Positions 23,710-37,459 of a DNA stretch of 64,000 bases are shown here, one piece after another. The position numbers and the translations under genes are program-made. Below the pieces are notes generated by a model. The model was given only the letters and a program-made list of their open reading frames with translations. It was not told the DNA's origin and did no database searches. Every line of letters starts with the position of its first letter. Position 1 is the stretch's first letter. Source of the stretch: Chara braunii (Eukaryota > Plantae > Charophyceae); assembly GCA_003427395.1 (NCBI GenBank), contig BFEA01000040.1, positions 837,221 to 901,220 on the forward strand, given 5' to 3'.

Positions 23710-24840
23710 CAGGGGGGGCGGAGGAAGAGAGGGAGAGAAGGCGGAGCCTTCCTCCCGGTACCTGATCCGGTGCTATGGCGCTGCAGGGACGCTGCGCTGT
23801 CCTTCTCGCCGCTGTGCTGCCTCCTCGCTGCTCGGACTAACGCTGCTGGCACTGCGCTAATGCTGCTCACGCTGTAATGCTGCGCTAATCCTGAAGACTA
23901 ACCTCTAGCTTCTAACCTTTCCGATGAGGCTGGTACCCAGCCTTTTGTAGTGCTGGGCCGGCCTCCTACCTGCTGGTACCTACCGGCCTGGACCGTTGAT
24001 CTGAATCAATGGTCCAGTTTTGAACTGGACTTGGGGCCTAAAGTTGGCAGCCTCTGAAACTGCGCCGCCCGTAGGTCCTCTGCTGGACCGGTACCGGTCT
24101 TGTGGCCGTTGGCCTGGGCCTCTATCCCAGGCCTGCCTGTTCCGGCGTACCCCTGGCCTACCTGGGCCTTATCTGAACCGTCGTCCCCCTTAGGCTTACC
24201 CTGCCTACCTGGAACCGGGCCCTAACTGGGGCCCGTGTGGCTCAGAATGCCACAGCCCAGGGGCTAGGTCCCACTTGCACGAATTAAGAGATACTGACCG
24301 TAGATAGCAAAGATCAACGGCCCAAATCTCCTAATCAGTGCAAGTGGGACCTTGCCCCGGGATCTCGGAGCCCAGTCCCTGTATACACACCGTCTTCGCA
24401 CCCATCCCTATTCCTCAACGCATCCCTATCCTCGCACGAGCCCCCACTCAAACAGCAGACGCAGACCACGAAACTCCACACCATTACTTTCCTTTCATTT
24501 TGGGGGGGGGGGCTAATACTCCCGAGTCACCGTTTTAGTTTGAAGTAGGCAAAAAGAGACAAAGTGGCACCCATGTCATCGTTCGAGTTTCAGAACGTGC
24601 AAATTTAGCCGGGGGGGGGAGGAAAGGGGGGCGGGGTTGAAACGGTGGCCCCCCCTTTTTTTTTTTTTTTTTTTTTTTGAAGTTGTGGGAATGCAGATTT
24701 AGCAGCTGCCTTTTTTTTAATTTGCCCTGTTTTTTCCGACAGCTGGTGCTTATTCCGAAGGCTAACGTCTGCACCCGAATAGAACGCCCGGTCATAATAG
24801 CTATATTTGGTGCAACTTCCAGTCTAGATACAGCGATAAT

Positions 24841-25007
24841 GGGTCTCGCCCCACGGCACACGAAACGAGAACGAAACGAGGCATCTGCCCACAAAACGTG
24901 GCAAAATACAGTCGTCACTATTGATAGAAAATCGATGAACCTAGACATTTTATGCAGGAAGATGCAGTCGTTTCGATTTTCGTTTCGTGTCCCGTGCGGC
25001 GACGCCC
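24841..25007. mobile_element. GGGTCTCGC-family MITE nested inside a TA-flanked MITE (24763-25040)
   Basis: AAT duplication; removing it restores the 21964-22072-type hairpin; a related copy starts at ~60411. Confidence 0.8.
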
Positions 25008-26151
25008 AATGACCGGCGTTCTATGCTGGTGAAGATGGTAGGCGTCCCGTAGGAGTCGTCGCCGCCTGTGTTTAACTTTTTTCTTTGCTCTTGGAACACG
25101 CTAGGACCTCCTGTCTCAGGCGCTGTGAATTCATCTGTCTCAAAAAACCCAAAGAATTCTTCGATTAATTCCCAAAACAAGCAAAAAAAAAAACAAAAAA
25201 AATCACCGATTACTTCCTTTTGTCTTATTGTGGCGCTCGCCGCAGCGAACGCCTTCCAGAAATTCTCAGCGGCCTTTCGGCCACTGAGGGGGTTTGGAAT
25301 ATAGTTTTCAACCAGCAATAGACGCGTCTCGGGTAGCCCTCATGGACTGCGTCATTGCCCCAAGCGCAAAAATGCTTCACTTTTAGTAAAACCGGCGATT
25401 TATAGGACCGTTGTCGCTGCAAACAAGATGCAGAAAGGGTTATGGGATAAGGGTACGAGCAAAAATCCGGGCCTTGATTCTCAGCACGGGCAGGTCGTGC
25501 TCAGAGCATCCTAACAGGGAGGACTTTCCGCTATGTATCTGAGGCTAGTTTCGGTTGATCCGTGATGTATCGGAACCGAATTAAGATGCAAAGACAGCTC
25601 AAAAAATCAATCAAAAACAAAATCCGAACGGCGAGCATCCAAGATTTAGGCCATCGCTGCACTACTCTCGACATGCGCAAAAGACAAAAAGCATGGGGGC
25701 GTATGTAGCCATGTTTCTAGCGAAGATTCACTCTCGTTTTGCACATTTCGAGAGTAGTGCTGCAGTGCAGCGAGGCCCTCGATGCAGCTTTGGCTGCAAT
25801 ACACGCTGTGGGGACACACTCGCACTGGGACCCCCTCGATGTAGTGTAGTCGTCCACACTCTCCATTCTCGTTACGAAGTCTGGGGCTAGGTCCGACTTA
25901 CACGAATTAAGCGATATTGACCGTAGATATAGCAAAGATCAACGGCCATAATCTCTTAATCTGTGCAAGTGGGACTTTGCCCCAGGGTATTTTCGCACAA
26001 CGAGTTTACCGGCTGGATCCGGCCATATCAACGGTTCATTAGACATCATCAAAATCTCAGGTGTGAGTTGCACTTCGCCTTGCCCCCTTCTTCTTGTTGT
26101 TCTTTTTCTTTTCTTTTCATTTTTAAATAATAAACAGAACCGCCAGCTTTC

Positions 26152-26580
26152 AGCGGTCTACCTCAGCTGGTAAGGTAGGCAAGTGGAATTCAGGAGGTCT
26201 TGGGTTCAATTCCCATTGGCCTTATGTACCTTCCTGGGAAGCTTGGCGCCCGCCACCTAGAGATAGGCCGTTGGTCCCCCTGAGTGGCATTTAGCAGAGA
26301 CTGCTGATGTTCACAGGGGGAGGGGACTGGCGGGGGGCCACAGCGATTGGCCCATCGAAGAAGCTCAGTCCTGATGCTACCAGCTGAACCCTGGCTGGTA
26401 TGGCCCACCTCCTGCAGCAGGTATCCCACCTGCTGGTGGGTGCAGCTCCCGCATGTTCCCTCGTTGGAGGCTTGAGCACGGACGTGGCTGCTACGGTGTT
26501 TCCCGTAACGCTATAATGACAATGAAAAAAGGCCTGAAAGGCCGTCCTGTCCAGATTTGACAGGTAATTGAATTGGTTGG
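26152..26580 (+). mobile_element. tRNA-derived SINE family A (~430 bp)
   Basis: A box TACCTCAGCTGG, B box GGTTCAATTCC; body shared with copies at 30171, 47735 and 60865; 3' double hairpin plus ATTG tail. Confidence 0.88.
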
Positions 26581-28159
26581 GCTAAAAAATATTGAACGGA
26601 GTAATCAAGGGAGCAGAAGGTTGTTCCCCCTGAGGAAGACCGCGTGGCCGCAGTCGAAACCGGTTGGGGTGCCATACCCGCCGGGGACACAGTCAGTGCA
26701 CTTTGGTTGTACGCATGATGACTTTGCGTCGAATGCAATACTGCGTTCTGTACTTGAGTCCGTGATCTTGTGACGCCCAACCTCACGCCCAGCGCAGCTT
26801 CCTGTTATCGGAGTGGTAGTGGGCTTGGAAGTGCGAAAAGGGGTGTGCCAAGGATTTTAGGAAAGTGGGGGTGGAATTTCCTGTGTCAAGTTCCAGGGGT
26901 AGAAGTGCAAGTGTCTCTCTCGGCTCAGAGTTGGGGTGATTGCCGATCTCCCGGCCTAGGCCGTGTAAGGTGCTCGGGTGGGGCGCTACGGGTGTCCCGC
27001 TGGGAACGCTCGTACCGTTGTCGGCCGACGCAAGTCTCCGAGGCTGATGAGGACGAACTGCGCTCTCGTTGTTCTGTTTCAGAGCGGGTTCGTCGAGTGA
27101 TCCCCTTCGGACGGTACTCGTCGTGCTGCTGACACTCTAAGCACGGCGGTCGGGGCCAGAACCGGGCTATGGACTCCCAAGGGATGACGAGTAGTTGGTG
27201 ATACGGGAGGACGATGTAATAGGGAGGGAAGTTAGTGGTGATGGCCACGAAGCCCGGGGTTAGAAGGTAATGCTGGGTTCGACTGTCGGGGTAATCCGGG
27301 ATTCGTGAGGCTCTGTTTATATTGCCAGCTGGAAATCGCCCCTGCAAAGTTGCTCATTTCTAGTTCGGCAGGGGTACTCAGGATTCCGCAAGCTTCGTTG
27401 TCGTGTGGTCTGTTGCCGTCTATCTTGTTCCCTTTCCCAATACGCTCGGTATTCTGGATCTCTCAGGCTCTCGCGATCGGTGATTCAGAAAGGAGTTTCG
27501 ATCGCCATATCCTACTTAGCGGAATTTTGCGCAGGCATCTTTGTCGAGCGGGGTCGGGTTGGCTCTTGCACGCGCGCGCGTAGGCTGCAGGTCACCTCTG
27601 CGGGAGGCTACCTTACGTATGCGTGCGCGCGAGCCGGCCGATCAGATCAAAGACTGCGTGCGGGTACGTTGCCAATGAGCGAGTTACCTGGAGTTAATCT
27701 TTCCGTGCAACTGTTATCCAAATCTCAGGCAGAACTAATCATTGCATGCATGCTCACACCATCATATACATAAGAGGGCAGAATTAGTTTAGCATTCAGA
27801 ACCAACGCACTCTGTGATCCTCACAATCATGCGCGACTCAAAAACATGTGATGAGACGCGCGCGCGAGGGGCGTATTTGGCCCAACCAAATTTTTCGCAG
27901 GTCGTTATACGCGCAACACATACTCGAAAGCGATAAAATTGGAATTGATCAAAACAAAATTGGAGATTAAGGACAATTCAAAGGAGGGGACACGAGTTCA
28001 TTCACCCTCATGCATCCATACACACAAAGCAGAGAGTCCGAGATGATTCACACAAGAAATCCGAAGGCGCCGCAACAAAATTGACCAACGTTGGAATCAA
28101 AACTTTACACAGAAGGTAGGGAGGAGAAGACACTGGTCCACCATATCCCCGTCTCGTTT

Positions 28160-28192
<33 letters not shown>

Positions 28193-30170
28193 ATGTGGGC
28201 AGTCCGTCGCCCCCCATCCCCAAAGCCGCACAGAGTCGTCACCCCCCTTGGTCTGAGTGTGCAAGCCAGGTTCGCCCACGTGCCACAGTCCTTCACGGCC
28301 ACGCGTCAACCCCGCGCACTCAGCACCAGCTCGTCGGATCGCCCAACTCTCATACCCACTCACCTTTCAAACTTGCTCGTTAGTTGACCCTCACTGATCG
28401 CGCTAACCTCGAGATTCTTAGAGAGACAACTAATCGCTCTTGCGAAATTTATAGCATGCATGCTTGCGCGAAGGATATGGGATTAGCCCAAGTGATGAAG
28501 CAAGAGAAGAGAGGAAGTGCCTACCCTCTACATGGCTGGGACACGGCGTGGGGGACGCAGCCTCACTCCACGCTTCGATCCAGTCATGCACCGATTTGGC
28601 CAACGAGGTAGAGAATGGAGAGCACACGCAGCGACGCGGAAAGGAATATCAAGAAAGGGAAGATTACAGTTACACGCAAAGAAAGAGCAAGGAGAGATTA
28701 CAGTTGAGTTCATAATTTAGGCGCGGCGGAATTAAAGCGTAGATCTGGGCGCAGCAAAGCGCACGCAAGCGAGAAGTGATGTGCGGTTACAGGCAAAAAT
28801 TACGGCGCACCCAATTTCCTAGTCTAAATCCTTATTACAAAAGAAAATTATGAAAGAAAACAATTTCGAGAGCCCGTGGGGGCTCGTTATTAGTTCGAAT
28901 TTTAAAAACGAAAATTCCCACGCGCTAATCGTGCCAAACTTCCTAGTGTTCACAGCAGAACAAGATAGAAGCTATGACAACCGTTATTTCTCGCGCTTGC
29001 TAGGGCGCGTCACTTAATCGTCGGCGCGGGACTTTCCCGACACCGGCCCAACGAACTCCAATAAAAACAAAAAAGAAGTGAGGGCATCCATGCAACTTGC
29101 CTAACCGATCCCCGCTTGCGCCCCGTCACCCATCAAAGCCCTCCAGTTTCCCCACAGTGGCTTCGCACAGGAAGTCGCGAGGTTACAAAAGATAGTTTGT
29201 CACAATCTACTTGTGTGTACTTCATGTATACTTGTGTTACACAAGTGTACGTCGCAGTGCTTCGTGCATACTTGACTTTTGCATACTCTCAACTGCATCT
29301 ACAACTACAACTTAAAAGAAGTGGGGAGGTGTACATGTGCAGAACCCGACCAGACGTCCCTCAAAGAAAATCCGAAGGAGGCCTGGGTCATCACAGACTA
29401 CCCGGAAAGTGCAAAACACACACTCGTCAAGAAAGCAACACTGATGGTAAAGTAGACAAGAAGAGCTATGGGGAGCCTGGGAGGTATTATACCGAGACAT
29501 ATGGGGGAGGACCTGGCTCAACCCCTCTCAGCTGACTCAGCTGTGGGATGTATCTCAAATTCAGTAGAACTAGGCAGGTGATCCTATAGGAGCTCAGAGT
29601 AGAAAATCTTATTATTAGACGATAGACCCGTTTGTAGGGGTAGGACCATTTCTTCTGAAACGCTGCCTTGGCTATTGGGCTCGCCACACAGGCTTTCGAA
29701 ACGAGTAAAATTGACAGTCTGCCTATGCCACACAGCCTTTTAAAACACGGTCCCTCAAAAACGTTTTGAAAGGTGTCAAAGACCTGAGCCTCCAAAGGCA
29801 TTTCGAAGGGGCACGATCCTCCCGCCTGTCACATATGGGTTTTCAAAAGCCCACGAATGATCTTGTGGAAAGGGCGCTCTTCAAATGGGGCGATTAGCAA
29901 AACACAAAGAAAAGGAACCTTGATTACAATGTCCATATTGGAAGGTAGTGGTGTTTCGAAAGTCTGTGTGGCAAAGGGGGAGGGGTCTTTCGAAAAGCAG
30001 CCTTTCAAATGAAGTCTGACGTATTTTGGAAAATGCCTTCATTAGCAAGGATGTGTGGCGAGCCAATATCTCCAACGAGGCAGAGTTACTCTTAATCTTT
30101 ACCCAGTCAGTTGTAATTGTTCCTTTTTTTCCAAAGGGTTCCGGCCTTGAGATGTCATCACTTGAGATCT

Positions 30171-30585
30171 GGCGGCCTAGCTCAGTTCGTAAGGAAAGCA
30201 AGTGCCTTTGAGGAGGCCTTGGGTTCAATCCCCATTGGCTTCATGTACCTTCTTGGGCAAGCTTGGCGCGGCAATAGCGCCCGCCACCTAGAGATAGTAG
30301 GTCCTTCTGAGCGGCATTGTGACGGCTGATGTTCCTAGGGGGAAGGGGACCGGAGGGGAGGAACGACAACTCGCCCATAGAAGAAGCTCAGTCCTTATGC
30401 TACCGACTATCCTTTGCCCGGTACCGCACACCTGGACGTCGGGTGCAACCCCCGCATGTTCCCTCGTTGGACGCTTGTACTCGGGCTGGCTGCTATGTGG
30501 GTTTCGCGTTGTACTATGATGATAAATCAAAGGCCTGAAAGGACGTCCTGTCCAGATTTGACAGGTACTTGAGTTGATTGGGATT
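30171..30585 (+). mobile_element. tRNA-derived SINE family A
   Basis: TAGCTCAGTTCG ... GGTTCAATCCC; same body and 3' hairpin tail. Confidence 0.85.
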
Positions 30586-30908
30586 GAACCACCAGTACCT
30601 CGCTCATCTATCAAGTCCGAGGCTCGGACTACTGGTAGCCCCATCATTCCCGAGCCTCGGATTTTATTGTCGAGCCTCGGANNNNNNNNNNNNNNNNNNN
30701 NNNNNNNNNNNNNNNNNNNNNNNNNNNNNNNNNNNNNNNNNNNNNNNNNNNNNNNNNNNNNNNNNNNNNNNNNNNNNNNNNNNNNNNNNNNNNNNNNNNN
30801 NNNNNNNNNNNNNNNNNNNNNNNNNNNNNNNNNNNNNNATTCGTTCTCGATTAAGAGGATGAATCTTCCACGATTAAGAGGAAGATTTATTCTCGTGAGA
30901 GGTTCACA

Positions 30909-30942
<34 letters not shown>

Positions 30943-31004
30943 GGCGTCAGGGAGTTTCTGACGCCGAGTTTGGTGGAAAACTTAGCGTCAGAAACTCCCT
31001 GACG

Positions 31005-31043
<39 letters not shown>

Positions 31044-31118
31044 TGAGTGAACCTCTCACGATAATGAACCTTCCTCTTTATCAAACTTAGTGTCTGAAAC
31101 TCCCTGATGTCGTCTCTA

Positions 31119-31200
<82 letters not shown>

Positions 31201-31249
31201 CGTGTGCGTGTGTGTGTGTGTCAACGTTCAAATGGGAATGAATCTTCCG

Positions 31250-31311
<62 letters not shown>

Positions 31312-31348
31312 CGTCACAAACAGATGTATATATATATATATCGTCACA

Positions 31349-31412
<64 letters not shown>

Positions 31413-31998
31413 CAACGTTCAAATGCGAATGAATCTTCCGCGATAACGTGGAAGATTCATTCGCATTTGAACGTTGACACAGAGAGAGAGAGAGAGAGAG
31501 GGCGTCAGTGAGCTTTTGACGCCGAGCTTAATCCACCAAACTCGGTGTAAGAAACTGCCTGACGCCCCCTCTCTCTCTCTCTTTCTCTCATTTTTCCCCC
31601 CTTTCCCCCTTGCCTCGCCCGTTTTTTTTCGTTTGTTACTTCTCGTTTTCGTCGGGTTTTTTTTTTTTTTTTTTTTTTTTCGGCCTGGTTTTTGGGGAAT
31701 ACCGGTCGTTCGCCAGTGGGTACCCCGCCCGAAGCGGCGAGTTAACGGCCACGTCGGCTTTCTCAAGCTGGGCGAGGTACTAGTGGTTTAAACCACCAGA
31801 ACTTGGCCAGTTATCGATATCGAGCCTGAATATGCTCTGCGCACCGTTTCATGCCAACCCACCAACGAAACCAAAAAAAATTTGTTTTGGGTGGCGGCGT
31901 CAACCTTTCGGGTCCGGTACCCCGCACCTCCGAAACTTGCGGGGCGTTAACGACAAAGCCCCGAGGCAGACATATGGGTAAAGTACAGGTGGTTTAAA
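30584..31998. mobile_element. Two abutting TTTAAA-flanked MITEs (AACCACCAGTAC TIRs); the first is expanded by microsatellites and a gap
   Basis: Ends at 30584, 31787-31792 (shared GGTTTAAACC junction) and 31998; intact relatives at 62405-62611 and 62987-63200. Confidence 0.7.
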
Positions 31999-34769
31999 AG
32001 AATTGAACGACGCTACATAACTCCAGTATTTTACTTATCTGCTTACAAGAGTTTGAACACAGGTCCGTATTTCAACAGTTCAGTGGTGTACCAACAGTGT
32101 AAAGGCCAGTTGGTTCTTTGTCCCTTTTTTTCCCCCCTAGAAGCCCTTGTTTGTCGGGGGACACCAATTCAGAAAAAAAGAAAAAAAAATCTCCTTTGTT
32201 TTTACTTTGTAGCCATCAACCAGTGTTGTAAATGTTGTAAATGTTGTAAATGGAACGTTGGACCCGGTTTCCACTGGGTGTCGCTTCCCACCAATGAACT
32301 GGAGTAACCAGCTTCATGAGGATGTGCTTTACCTGCCCACCTGGTCCTCAGGGCCGGTTTAGAAAAAAAAAAAAACTACCGCGCAATAAGGGTTTGAGTT
32401 TGAAAATGCACTTTAGGCAAAATGGCCAGTAATGGTGAATGTATATACCTAGGTTTGGGGTCAGGTGGGGTCACGTGGGGATGTGTTCTGTTCGCGGGAT
32501 TGCCTTAAGTGCACATTTAAACTGTTTTCGTAACTGCGCCAAAGCTACCCAGAAAACAAAAGAAGAAGAAGAAGCAATTTGCACCCTAGCGCACCCAAAA
32601 AACTTGTGCGGCAACAAACCTGCCGACATGAGTCCTTTTTGCCTTCTGAGACTGCCTTCCCCCCCCCCCCCTCCTCTTTCAAACTTGTGCGCGCATCTGC
32701 CTCAATGAGTTGTTTTTGCCTTCCGAAACTCAGCCACACTTGTTTATTTTTTTTTCTTCACATATCTTTGGGGAAGGGCTCTATCTGCGCTATGGTAGAA
32801 GAACTGTCTCAATTAACGCCTTGGGGGATCGTTTTTGTCTATTGGTGGGAGCTGCACAGGTTGGGAACCCGGCCCGACGTTACATAAATGTGATCATGAA
32901 AAACCAGTCTTGTAAAAACTAGGGGCTCCATCCCTAATGATGACCCATCCACTTTACTTCCTCTCCCCTCCCTAACCGCATTTAGCCCACAAAGTCTCAT
33001 TGTCGCGATCCCTTACTAGCTTCTCACACATAACAACGGACAACAAGTAAACTTCTCGCATATTCCAACAAAGTAGTTTCTATCTACTTATTTACCATTT
33101 TGGCACTTTACTTAAGTCAGTACACATATGCTTAACAATATTTGGAGCACACATTAACATTATATGCCCAATCATCATCACGGTCATAACCTTTTTGTTA
33201 GTTAAGAATAAATTTTAAATATTTCTCTGTCGTTGCAAACTTTTCTTCAAGACAATAATATAAAAACTAAATATGAATGAGTTACTTTTTTTGTTGAAGA
33301 TTGAAAGGATGAATAAAAGTCTTAGGCGAACTTACAAGTTATAATAATTTGATCCAATGTCAATACACCTAAGCTTAACAATATTTGGAACACACATTAA
33401 CATTTTGTGCCTAACCATCACTACAGTCATATCCTCCCTATTAGTTAAAAATAAAGTGTAAATATTTTTTTGTCGTTGCAAACTTTTCTTAAATCCGAAT
33501 GAGTTAGCTCTTTGCTCAAAGATTGAAAGGATGAATAAAAGTTTTGAGTGAAGTTACAAGTTACAACAATTCAATCCATTATACTTGACAATATGTTTTC
33601 TTCATCTGTTCAAGTTAACATTATCGTAGATAAATATGAACTTTATTCGTTTCTATAGATTACAAATTGACCCAGTGCCGCGATGCCGCCACGCAATAGA
33701 AGGGACGAGAGAAAACGATATCACAGTGAAACGACAAAAATCACAACAAATTGATTTGGAATGCCACAACCATATTGCACAATATAATCATCGCATAAAA
33801 AAAAAAGACCGCCCCCCCTCCCGCTTAAAAAAATAGAGGAAAAAGAACTATTATGAAAAACGACTTATCCATATTGTCGTCTATGCACATTCAAAGCAAC
33901 TGCAGCGAAGCTTATTGAAATCGGTGTAAAAGACAGAAAACAAAAATTAAAATTTGAATAACAAAACAGTTCGTAAGGTTTGGCAGGGGGAGAGATGAGC
34001 AGGCGAATGAAGCTCATAGCCTATCGACTTCGTTTTTACTTGTACGTTGTTTGAGAAACCGCTGAAACATTTTGCAGAATTGAGCCGAATGAAAGTTGAG
34101 TTGACAAAAAAATTATTCTCACTTATATGTCGTTGGAGAATCCAATTCAAAAAAAATTAACTACATAGGAAGATGAAACGAACTCGCTGAACTTATGGTC
34201 TGTCATATGTCTTTTGAGATTGAGGGAAATGTGTCATTTTCGTCTCTTGACTCGGTTTGCATTTGGAGAAAGGAGAGCGCTTACCATGTAAGGTTATAGT
34301 AGAACAACTAGAAAGGAGGGAGGGGATGTTGTGTATCGCGGTGGTGGATTCTTACAAGATCATATAGGTATATTTTGAAATTCAAGCTCTCTTTACTTTA
34401 GTGAATTTTTGACAATTCCTAAATATTTCCCTACTACCACCCTTTCTTTACATATTTTTTCTTTTGTTAATTCAAAATACTTTATTGAATTTAATATTTG
34501 GCACGATAACCTTTTTGCTATTTTTCTCTTCAGGAAGAAATCAATTTGATTAAATTCCTCATTACAAATGAAATAACTAATTCATAATAATAAATAAAAC
34601 TATCAAAAAAAAAATATAAATAAGATCTTATTTGTATTCTTAATTTAATTTAGAGATTATATACTCTCTTATATTTTTGGTAGATCTGGAATGTACGTAA
34701 CAACTGTATAGCGCGATTTATGGATGTCATGTATCAATGTTATTGCACCTGTGGATCCCCATGCTTTGA

Positions 34770-36130
34770 AGGGTTTCCACCAGAGAGGTGACACGTGTGG
34801 ATGTAAGTTTGGTGATTGTGGTGAATGCAACTCTTCAACAAATGAGTTTCTGTGCTCATCATGTTTGATAAGATTAATATCTGCACTGAGGGAAGTCATG
34901 ATTTCTTTGGGAAATCGGTAAGGGATGATAGTGTTTAGATTTGTAGTGAAACATTTTTTTTAAGGGCTATGTTTAGCGTTTCACTGAGTTAGGAGGGACT
35001 AACACCATTTGTTTGAAGTGTTAGGAATGTCGATGTAATCAAGTAATAGAGAATCTCCATGTAATCAATTCAAGTGTACCGCCATGAAGACATAGTCATG
35101 GATGGAGCTCAATTGTGTGCAGCAACATGTACAAAAGTTCAAGGAATATACCAGTGCCTAAATCGAGCAAAACACTTACCTTTATAAAACCAACAGTATG
35201 CTAATAATGAGTATATAAAACATTTTGAGCAATAAATTTTTGTGCAATAAATAACAACGTATGTTGGTAATGAATGTATATGTTCATCTACCAAGGATGT
35301 GATCACTCCTAAAAAAAAAAAATGCAAGTCCTAATTCAATAATTATAATTATTGAGGGTGTCATATATATTATAATAACCACAATCAAATCTTCCACAAC
35401 GAGGTGTATGAGTAATTAATATTTTTTTTATATTATAGTCTACGATAAAGTTTGTCCGATATATATGACCTACAACAATAAATAAAATAGCAATACCAAA
35501 ATAGTGATGAGTTACATTTGTAAGCCACAAACTTTAGCATATGGACGACCCTCAAATCTGTTATCTTAAGTCTGAATTAGAACTTGCATTTTTTTATAAA
35601 CATGAATATTTTTAAAAGTCGTAATAATGAGAATATTTTTAGGTGTGTATCAATTGTTTGTGCTCCTCGTCTTCTTGTGACCACAAACATATTTTGTTTC
35701 TAGACTTTTAGTCCCCTCCTAGAAATAAAACTTTTTCGGCAAATGATTCGGTAAAGTTGCAAAAATCTTAGGTAGTTCAGTCTAGTGCATCAATATGGTA
35801 TATACGCATCATTGAAGCCCAAATGAGAAGGGAAATGTGAATACGTTGCAAAAAATGATTTTTTTTTAGAATGACAAAAGTTGAGATATCCGTAGGTGTA
35901 AGGGGTGCTATGAAGTGAGACTAAGAAGCGCGATTACCGTCAAAAAATATTGCTGCAATTCCACTTGATGCAATAAGAAGTGTACTATCATAACCAGCAC
36001 TCATATGTGGAAGGAGTACGTTTAGCGAAGATGTGTCATACCCATTAGTGGGTGCGCCAATAAATTGGCAAAGGAGGTTTGTGGTTCTCAAGAACGATGG
36101 CCATAACACTTTACTAAAAGTTGCGATAGA
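34770..36130 (-). pseudogene. Helitron PIF1-like helicase remnant, interrupted by psaB
   Basis: FIGAPTNGYDT (motif I, decayed), IASSGIAAIFFDGNRAS (cf. VASSGIAA..LDGGRTAHS), KVLFLGGD, LLDLGTG, FPKEIMTSLSAD...PNLHPH in the expected order. Confidence 0.85.
35165..35535 (-). pseudogene. psaB: NUPT: plastid photosystem I P700 apoprotein A2 fragment
   Basis: SLWLTNVTHHYFGIAILFIVVGHIYRTNF...GRF..GY..IYDTLNN...LGVITSLVDEHIHSLP matches PsaB SLWLTDIAHHHLAIA..GHMYRTNF..YDTINN..LGVITSLVAQHMYSLP; RTNF and YDT.NN distinguish it from PsaA. Confidence 0.92.
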
Positions 36131-36612
36131 CATTGCAAATAAACGTTTGTACTTAGGGTTTGTTGGAGTTTGACACGATCATAGAAAAATTCATCATTAA
36201 TTAATTTAAGGTATATAGAGTGTCGTGAGAGCTCTACAAGACAATCATCCATTTCTCGTTCAACATTAAAAATTGAAGGAAGATTGAAATCAAAGAGCTT
36301 TGTGTTGTCTTTTCACAACTTCAATGCTAAGGGGGTGGCATCTATGCTCGTCAGAGCTCTAAGAAAGTCATCCTCATGTCTTGTCAATGTCTCTAAAAAA
36401 GTTGAAGTGGGTCCGCAGTGCACAATGTAGGAGAATAATAACAAATTGATGATGAACCATACAAGATGATGACGTAAAGATTGCATTATTGAAAAAATTA
36501 TCAAATTGATATGTGAAGTGGATCTCCTCGGCAACTATTCGAAGGTCTTCGAAACCAACGGCTCCACATTAATCTGGGGAATTAAATAGCATTCCCAAAC
36601 AAAAGCTGATTC

Positions 36613-37159
36613 CTGGGTAGCACCACGTACGCGTATATGGTGCGTACGCGTACGTATGCGCGCGTGCACGTACGTGCCAAAAAAACCGCATACGAGTACG
36701 CGTTTTTTTTTTTTTTTACACAATATATATAATGTATATATAATATATATAGTTAGTATTCAGGCACATATCTCCTCGTCCTCCTCCCTATCGTGATTTT
36801 CGTCCTCCTCCTCCGCCTACCCCTCCCGTGGTACTGTTTGTTTGTCTGTCCTCCCCCTCATTTCTATTTGTCTGCCTGTCTGTCTATCTGTCCTCCCCCT
36901 CCTGTTTATCTGTCTGTCTGTCTGTCCTCTGCCCGTCGTACTGTCTGTCTGTTTGTCTATCTGTCTGTCTGTCTGTCTCCTCCTCCTACTACTACTACCA
37001 CTCCTCCTATCCCTCCTCCTCCTACTACTTCTCCTCCTATCCCTCCTCCTCCTACTACCGCTCCTCCTATCCCTCCTCCTCCTCCTCCTACCCCTCCTCC
37101 TACCCCTTCCGTGGTACTGTCTGTCTGTCTGTCTATCTGTTTGTCCTCCCCCTCCTTTT

Positions 37160-37195
<36 letters not shown>

Positions 37196-37421
37196 AGTTT
37201 GTATGTCTGTCCTCCCCCTCCTATCTATCTGTATGTCTGTCTGTCTCTCCTCCGCCCGTCGTATTGTTTGTTTGTCTGTCTGTTTGTTTGTCTCTCCTCT
37301 TCCTCCTCCCCCTACCCCTCCTCCTCCGCCTCTGGTACTGGACAGACAGACAGACAGACAGTACCACGGGCCGAGGAGCAGGACGACGAAGAAAATTGAT
37401 AGGAGGAGGAGGAGGAGGCTT

Positions 37422-37459
<38 letters not shown>

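Noticed and set aside
26152-26220. Functional tRNA genes at SINE heads (also 19360, 47413, 48800, 56690, 60865)
   Set aside because: A/B boxes are present but I could not build a complete cloverleaf or acceptor stem; most continue into repeat bodies.
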